Positions 9,627-18,000 of a stretch of DNA of 64,000 nt are shown here, in pieces; position 1 is the first letter of the stretch; each line of letters begins with the position of its first letter. The notes beneath the pieces were generated by a model, which had not been told where the DNA came from, ran no database searches, and saw only the letters and a list, made by a program, of their open reading frames with translations. The DNA is from a virus, in the IMG/VR virus record IMGVR_UViG_3300048032_000927, positions 1 through 64,000 of that record, one strand, 5' to 3'. The position numbers and the translations under genes are program-made.

Positions 9627-11048
9627 ATGGGAAAGTCGCGAAATGTAATACAGTATAACTCAGTTGGACTATTCCTTACTGATGCCCCTGCCGCAAACCC
9701 AGAGACTGACAAAGTAAAATTTTTTAATCGTGTACAAAGTGTTGGCATATCCATCGATGTACAGAGACAAAACATAAAACATATTGGCGGCGAAGATTTT
9801 TTAGCCCGAAAGATAGTTCAAGCGCCTGATATTAATATAAATGTCGGATATTTATTGACCGACGGATACGAAGAGAATCTACTCGGATTAAATGTGGCAC
9901 CAGCACCTATCGTAGTGTCACCAAAGTACGGCGTAATAGATAATGATGAAATTCACGAGGGTACAATCTATAAAGATCTCAAAGAAGACAAGAACATGTT
10001 TATGGTTGTTGGTGATGAAGGATTTGATCTAACAGGATACGCAAAACGCCCGCAAGGATATTCTGGAACAGATGCAATTGGTATAGGTAATTGTTTTCTA
10101 ACTAATTATAATGTTAGTGCAAGCGTTGGTGGATTCGCTGAAGCATCAGTGCAAATGGTAGCATCAGATATTAATTATGCATGTATGGGTTCTGGTGAGG
10201 GTGGGTATTCATGGACCCAGCCAATCGAAGAGATATTTGGTTTATTAAGGCAGGTAGACGCATTCGATGAAGACTTTGTGTTGTTGGAGGATGGATCAAT
10301 TATTGGTCTTGGAGAAGAGTTTGGGGAAGTTAATTATGGCGGAGCCATCACTCCTTCTTTAGATTTAGCTAATAAAGGTGCCGTGATCACTGGAACTGGA
10401 TTCGTATTCAATCCAGACATGTACAATTCTGCCACTACAGCGATACATCAAGGGGGTATTAATGTTACGGTTAGAAACCTAGATATGGGCGGGCCTATAT
10501 TAAATGGAATAAATCAAGGAACATGCAACAAGGGAACCGCCAATATACAAAGCTTTGATATATCTGTTCCTTTTGATAGAGAGGATCTTCGCGGATTCGA
10601 GTCTAATAATGTATATGGCCGCAAATTAAAAAAACCGCAAATTGGAACAATAAGTTTTTCATTGTTAGCTAACGCATTTACAAGCGGAAGATTTCAGGAA
10701 TTGTTGTGCAATGATAATGACTATGAGATAGCCATTGATTTAACTAGCCAATGCAAGCTAACTTGTAGATCTAGCGACCCAAAAGACAAGTACATGAAAT
10801 TCACTGTAAATAACGCTAGATTTCAAGGTTACAGTTTTAATGAACAAGTTGGATCTTTCGCTACGGTTGATTGTTCTTTTTCTTTTGGAATGAGTTCTAA
10901 TAATGGACTCTTTGTTAGCGGGTGCTTTGAGAACGAAAGGCACAAAAAATGTGTACCATCTACTATGATGGCACCAAGAAACTTAGAGGTTGATAACGTT
11001 ACCCCGCTAGAAGATCCTATTCGTAACCTACAAATTACAGGCGCATGA
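9627..11048 (+). CDS. Minor tail-tube-like protein (paralogue of 7988-9565)
   Basis: Colinear similarity to the major tube: RNVIQYNSVGLF/RNRIIYQSEALF, YLLTDGYEE/YYLLDGYNE, IGIGNCFLTNYNVSASVG/IALGNGFITDYTVDISVG, GTANIQS/GSAHIQS. Confidence 0.7.
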   Translation: MGKSRNVIQYNSVGLFLTDAPAANPETDKVKFFNRVQSVGISIDVQRQNIKHIGGEDFLARKIVQAPDININVGYLLTDGYEENLLGLNVAPAPIVVSPKYGVIDNDEIHEGTIYKDLKEDKNMFMVVGDEGFDLTGYAKRPQGYSGTDAIGIGNCFLTNYNVSASVGGFAEASVQMVASDINYACMGSGEGGYSWTQPIEEIFGLLRQVDAFDEDFVLLEDGSIIGLGEEFGEVNYGGAITPSLDLANKGAVITGTGFVFNPDMYNSATTAIHQGGINVTVRNLDMGGPILNGINQGTCNKGTANIQSFDISVPFDREDLRGFESNNVYGRKLKKPQIGTISFSLLANAFTSGRFQELLCNDNDYEIAIDLTSQCKLTCRSSDPKDKYMKFTVNNARFQGYSFNEQVGSFATVDCSFSFGMSSNNGLFVSGCFENERHKKCVPSTMMAPRNLEVDNVTPLEDPIRNLQITGA

Positions 11049-12019
11049 AAAAGAAAGCGAGATTATTGATTACTTGGGATCCACCCTTGCACCTTGAAAA
11101 CATTGATTCGATTGTGTTATTGAAAAAGAAATACGGAATTGATTGCGATGAAGTTTTGGAAAGTGGAGAATTATTGTTTGAAACAAAAAACATTTTAGAA
11201 GATAGCTATATTGACGAGTTTGATGATTTTGGGACTTTTAGATACGCGGCTTTTGCAAAAAATGCTTACGGTTATACTCCCTGCACCACCAACTATTACA
11301 CCATAGCTGCTTCGGTGCTTTGGTTTCAGTATTGCGGAGGAGACTTAGTACAGCTTTATGATTTGCAATATAGTTATCAGCCCGCACTTCAATTATGGGA
11401 AGAAATAAATGGGGATTATGTCTTAAGAGATGCTCCTTACGGATCTTCGGATGAATATGCAAAATATTTTGAATTGAATAATGATGGTGATTTGATACCT
11501 ACCGCTTTCCATAACGAAATAATCAACGACTTTGAAGTTGAGGGAAAAGACCAATACTCTTACGATTGCTCGCACATGGGTGTAGTATTAACGACTAATG
11601 CAATAAATGGAACAGCTTCTGGAGCAGGATCTTACGAATATAGAGAGATTGTTCAGCTTAACTGTTTGGCTGGCCCTCAGTACGACTTTAAAAAATGGAC
11701 AACTAATGCAGGAATAATAAGTGATAAATATTCTCAGATTACTACGATTGAGGTAACTGGAAGTGGGTATGCAACAGCAATATTTGAGCTAAAAAGAATG
11801 ACGATCCAGCTGATAGGCAATAATGTAACTCTTCAGGGAGCGGGTACATATGAACATGGTACCACTATAACAATTAGCGCTACTCCTGATTCGGGTTATC
11901 GTTTCGTCAGATGGATGGGCAATAATATACAGAACACCTTAAGTGCCACAACTACTTTATATGTAGATTATTTAGATGGAGATCAAACAATTGCAGCGAT
12001 TATTGAAAGTATCCCGTAA
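11045..12019 (+). CDS. Virion-associated protein with FN3-like N-terminus and two InlB-B-like repeats
   Basis: N-terminal LLITWDPP...FRYAAFAKNAYG. Repeats GTASGAGSYEY...YDFKKW and LQGAGTYEHGTTITISATPDSGYRFVRW. Confidence 0.6.
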   Translation: MKKKARLLITWDPPLHLENIDSIVLLKKKYGIDCDEVLESGELLFETKNILEDSYIDEFDDFGTFRYAAFAKNAYGYTPCTTNYYTIAASVLWFQYCGGDLVQLYDLQYSYQPALQLWEEINGDYVLRDAPYGSSDEYAKYFELNNDGDLIPTAFHNEIINDFEVEGKDQYSYDCSHMGVVLTTNAINGTASGAGSYEYREIVQLNCLAGPQYDFKKWTTNAGIISDKYSQITTIEVTGSGYATAIFELKRMTIQLIGNNVTLQGAGTYEHGTTITISATPDSGYRFVRWMGNNIQNTLSATTTLYVDYLDGDQTIAAIIESIP

Positions 12020-12082
12020 CTATCGTAGTATTATGTGTAAGATAAAATAAGGTTTTAATCACTCTTCGGTATAAGGTAAAAA

Positions 12083-15000
12083 ATGGCAGGAATTAGGGCA
12101 GATGTTTCATTAAATGTAAACACAGCGAATGTTAAGCGTAGTCTTGACAAGGCTACTAATGAAATTAATAAAGTTGTCGGCAAGATAAGCGGCAAACCAG
12201 TAAGCTTTAATGTTAACGGAAAAAGCTTTACTCAGCCCCTGGGTAGGATTACAGCCTCCGCCAATGAGTTCACAAAATCGCTTGAGGCATCAAATGCTCG
12301 TGTTATCGCTTTCGGCGCTTCTGTTGGTATAATAAATGGAGTAAGTGATGCATTCAGGAATCTCGTACTCGAAACAATAAGGTTTGAAAAAGTACTAAGC
12401 GATATCAATGTAGTGCTAGGACTAAGCAACGAATCTATTCAGAGATTCGGTGAAGGCATCTTTGATGTCGCAATGAACACCGCTCAATCATTTAATGTGG
12501 CGGCTGATGCAGCCCTCGAGTTTTCTAGGCAAGGTCTAAGCACGGAAGAAGTGCTAAAAAGAACCAACGACGCATTAATACTTACCAGATTGACTAGTTT
12601 AAATGCAGCTGATGCGGTAGCGGGGCTTACGGCTGCCGTCAATGCGTTTGGGGACGCTGGATTGACCACAACCGATATTATTGATAAATTAGCTGCTGTA
12701 GACGTAAAATTTGCTGTTAGCTCCGAAGATTTGATTAATGGCTTACAAAGAGCTGGTGCTGTTGCCATAGATGCAGGAGTGGAGTTGGATAGCTTGGTTG
12801 GCTTAGTGGCCGCACTCCAACAAACAACGGCTCGTGGTGGTGCTGTTATTGGTAATAGTTTGAAGACCATATTTACAAGGATACAGCGGCCAGAATCGAT
12901 CCGGCAAATTGAGGATCTTGGAGTTGCTGTAAGAAACATCCAGGGCGAAGTTTTATCTGCAGATAAAATACTTTTGAATATGGCAAAGAGTTTCAATACT
13001 CTTACTCAAGCTCAACAATCTAATGTTGTGCAATTTTCCGCAGGTATATTTCAGGCTAACGTCTTTAGATCTATTCTTAGAGATTTAGCTAAAGAGCAAA
13101 GCTTGCATGCGCAAGCCACCGAAGTTTCCGCTAACGCATCCGGAGAGGCCGCTAAAAAGAATGAAATCCTGAATCAAACACTTGCAGCATTAGCATCTCA
13201 AGCTGGAACGGGAATACGAGAATTAGCAGGCATTATAGGCGAGCTTGCAGTAAAGCCTGAAATTGGAGGATTTTTAGAGTTTTTAGTTGGCCAAATTGAA
13301 GGCATCAAAAAGATGCTTGGAGGAGGAGAAGATGAAGGAAGCGCTTTCGCTAAAGGGTTAGTCCGGGGAATAGGGAATGTCTTAACTGGTCCTGCTGCGA
13401 TAGCTTTTGGAGCAGTGTTCATAAAGATGTTCCTGAATATAGCTAAGTTTGCCAGCACTTCACTAAAAGATGTTCTTGGTATTGTTAGCCAGAAAGATAG
13501 AATCAGGCAAATGGAGGAGTCAATCGTTCAAGCTTTATCAGCCAATAAAAACCTTCAGGAATCCTTAAATAATCTAGAGGGAGATAGGCTTGCTCAAGAG
13601 AAGTTCATTCTTGGAATTATTGAGGCACAAACAAGCGCCATGAGAGAGCAACAATTGCTGGCCAGTCGTTTAGCAAAACCTTTAATGAGAAAAGGCGTAA
13701 CCCCCGACTTGACAATAAAAGCTTCCGGGGGTTTAATACCTGAATCTGTAAAAAGCAAAGAAAAGCAAGGCGCAAGAAAGGGTGGTTATGCCCCAGGGTC
13801 AATAGACTCAATGAACATTCCGGGGCTTGGCCCAGTTGTTTATAATAAAGCGGAAACCGTTAAACAATTTCCTGGTATGAAGCAGCCTGCGATTATGCCT
13901 CCAAAACAAAGCAGGGCTGGAGGTGCTTACAAAAGCACTTTTAAAGAAAAACATGGCTTCGATCCTTACGCAAGCCATGGTTTTGTTCCTAATTTCGCGA
14001 TGAAAAGAGGGTCTACTCTCGTCATGGACAAAGCGAAGTTAAAAGTTTTTGGAACAGATGTAGATATAGGACGTGCGGTTAATAAAAAATATCAAGAAAT
14101 ACAAGAACATTTTCAAGCAAAAATTCCAATAAATATTGAAGCTGGACTGCAGCAGATAATAACCTCATCAACTAAAGATAAAAAACAGCCAACAGGCAGA
14201 GAGTCTTTATTCGAAAGTTTCAGCGCCTTATCGGGAGCAGGAATAAAATCAATAGAGCGACCTTTTGATATACGAAACATTGGTGCCGCTAAGTCAAGAG
14301 GCTCAAAACCAAAAGGACTCTCTCCATCTGAATTTAGTGAAAAGAAGGTAATGGGTCTACTCAAGAGAGAGCAAAGCGTTGATAAGGTAGATAAAAAAGA
14401 AGGTTATAGGCTAACGCATGATCCACAAACAAATAAAGGTCTTCCTGATTATCCTGTAGATATCATCTCATACGGCGAAAATTACCCAACCCACGAAGTT
14501 AAGAGTGGTAGTTTCAATCCAGCTAATCTCATATTCAAAAGCTTACGAATGGCTTCTGATCGAGAGTTGCCAAACTGGATGCAACAAAATAAAATAAGCG
14601 GCGGCAAAAAACTACAAGAAAGAAAACTTAAAAAAGCTGAAACCTTATCAAAGAGATTAGATTTATACGATCCCAAGCAAAAGAAAAGTGCCAAAGAAGA
14701 AGGGTTTGAATTTAGTCAAGATTTTGCGGATCAATGGGGATTAAGCCAGGGGTTTGTTCCTAATTTCAAAAAAGATTGGCGACAATTATACTCAAATACG
14801 TTAACAGGATACAAGCAGGGAAAAATAAAATCTCGAGAAGATCTTATGGGTTATTTAGGGGTTAGCCTAAGCGGCCTATCTCAACTAGTTAGCGCTTCAA
14901 GTAATTCAAATAATAAAGCGATCAGGGAACAGTTGTCCGAAGTTCAACTTGATAAATTAAGGGAGATTAATGCATCTGTTTCTGATAAGAACCAGAAAGA

Positions 15001-18000
15001 CTGGAGGAGCCTGTACTCGACTACAATATCAGCCCGAAATCAGGGAAAGATAAATTCCAGAGAAGAACTAGCGAAATCCCTTGGTGTAAGTGCAGTCGGT
15101 CTATCTCAACTAGTTAGCGCTTCAAGTAATTCAAATAATAAAGCGATCAGGGAACAGTTGTCCGAAGTTCAACTTGATAAATTAAGGGAGATAAGTAATT
15201 CTCTCTTAACTGATAAATCAGGAACATTATCCCAAACAAGATTAAAAGGTGATTTATTTGAGAAAGCTATTTCAATTCTTTCTGGGCAACCTTTCAAAAA
15301 AGGCGCAGACGCATTAGACTTTTCAAGAGCACGGGCAAGACCTGTATTAATGGATTCAAAAATTCGCGAACAAATAGATTTAGGCCAAGATGTTCGATAT
15401 GGCGATGCAGAGTCAGGAAGCGGGCACAAAGTCCATATCATGAGGGATAAAGTTATTCGCGAGTTGGAAGAAGGCGGCCAATTATATAATCTCATCCAAA
15501 AAAATGGCGATATTAATTTACCAGGAAAAACGTTCACAGATATTGTTGCTAACGGATCCGACGCTAAACCAAAAGAATCATCTACCATAAAATTAGGTGA
15601 GTTATTAAATACTGGTCGAACAACAGCTGGAACAAAAAATGCGATAGAAAAATCTTTAACAAAAAAATACAAAGGTAAAATAACTCCTGCGCAAAGACAA
15701 AAAGAATACCAAAGAAATGTTAAGTTCGATTATTATGTTGATGATGTTAATTTGGAAAACCTAAAGGTTGACAAAAGAACCAAGCTAGGAAAAGAATTGG
15801 GAGATATAGATAAACAATTTCTTGCAGTATCCGCTCAGACACAGAGTGACGGATTGGTTCCAAATTTCGCATCTCTTAGATCACCTATTAAATTTGATGT
15901 TGGCGATGAAAAAAGCTACGGAAAGTCCTATGTTGCAAGAACAGCGAAATCGGGGAAACTTTTTCTACTAGAGCAAGGCCACAAACATTTCTCTGAATAT
16001 ATGGAGTCTCAGGGTAAACCTACGCCAAAAATGACTAGAGGTGTTATTGGGGGCAGAGAAGGATATTGGGTGAACCAGCACGAAGATGATATACTAGAAT
16101 GGAGTAAAAAGCCAAACATAGAATACATTCGAAAAGAAAAAGAGGTTAAAGAGCAAAGAGAGCAGGAATCAAAAGACTATATGCAGAAGCTTAAGTATGG
16201 ATCTTTTGAGCCTATAAAAAATGCAATGCCATTAAATTTCGGGGGAGATTCGGTCAGATACCAAAGAACATCTGGTTTCGGAAAAGAGCTTATAAATAAA
16301 CTTGGGCCAGACTATAAATACATTTCAGTAAACACTAGAAAAGTAGAAGATTACGCTAAAGCTAATAATATAACCAAGCAACTTCGTTCTGGTTCTACGG
16401 TACCCAATTCCAAATCAGCCTTGCTTAAAATGGTTGACTTACCTAAGTCTAAAATTCAAGAGCTAGATTTTGTTAGGCCAAGAAAAAGAACTGAAGACGA
16501 AAAAAAAGAGGAACTAAGAGAAATTAGTCCAACAAGCCCTATCAAATGGGATGTTCGTCAAAATCCGGGAACAAAAAAGAAAGATTACTCTCTTAAGGGT
16601 AGCGACGACACCTTTAGGCACTTTAGTAATTTCTTAGAAAGAAAAGGTGTTCCCAAGAGAAGTATTCAAAATATTCAAAACGCTATACAGCAGAAAAGAG
16701 AAACTATAAAAGGCCTCGAAGAAGGAGCAAGAAAAAAAAGTCAATCCAGATCAGATAACACTGCATTTCATGAAGCAGCACTAGCGTCTGAAAATATAGA
16801 AAAAAACTTTAGTATACCAACTGATAAATTATACATTAAAAACTTATCTAATTTAATCAAAGAATTTAATAGTACAGTTTATACTGGTTTTAGTGATGGA
16901 TATGTTCCTGATTATGGTGCTGTAGAAATGAATAAAGGATATGTGCCTAATTTTATTGGTTTTAATGTACCGAAGAAGTCGCATCAATTAATTGAAACAT
17001 TTAATCAAATAACTGAAAAGAATAAACTTATTCCTACCGTTGATTCTTTGATGGAGCAAGGCGTGGATCGAGAGACTGCAATTCAGCAAACAAAAGACGA
17101 TCAATTTGGACAAAAGAAATCGATGTTTAAGATTTTGAACACGATGAAGTCCGAAGGTGTTAAGCAGCTATTTTTTGGTCAAGGCGGTAAGATATTTCCT
17201 CATCAATCTGCTGGCACTATACCATTTACAATCGAGAAGATTAAGGATGTAATTAATAACACTGGATACAAGACTGATTTCAAAGCGGATGGATTTGTGC
17301 CCAACTATGCAGTTACTTTATCAGATGATAATTATTATAGCCAGAAAAACGTACAACATGGTATAACTCAACTTTATAAAAAGAGTGGTGGACGACAAAA
17401 ATTAGCCCCGAAAGAATTAGAGTTTGCGTCTGAAAGATATATATCGGCAGTTCAAGACAGTGGAAAAACTTATCCTGGCGGAAACTTTAACGTCGGTGGT
17501 AAGAAGTTCAACTTTAATGAAGTCAGTATGTCATTAATGAAGCATGGTCAGTTTTATCAACCCAAAGAAGGTGAAGCTGTAGATTTATCGGAAGGGTTTG
17601 CTGGAGGCTATGTTCCTAATTTTGCCGACTCTCAAAAGATCCGAAATGGAGCTATTTACCACAGCAAAACAAACAACAAAGCTGTTAGAGTAAAAAGAGC
17701 AGATCAAGCAGAGCGTATTGCATACATTAAGCATCACACTCAGGATCACATGTTTGACCCCGAAGTTCCGTTTTCTGATTTAACGCCTGCCACTAAAAAA
17801 CAAGTTCAGGAATATCTTGGTAGGTCACCAACTAAAGCTAAGGGTTTCGTTCCTAATTTTGCCGACACTACTCTTTATAGAGGTCAGGGCCGCCCAACTT
17901 TGGACACGCCAGACATACTGAGTAATCTTCCGAGTTTTAGTGGCGCTGAAACGCCAGAAGATGTTGTCGGTATTATTCAAAATTTTGTTAAATCTCATGT

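Noticed and set aside
7988-11048. Contractile tail sheath gene
   Set aside because: Both proteins share tube-like motifs, no sheath or baseplate wedge motifs were seen, and the tip is lambda-type M/L/K/I/J.
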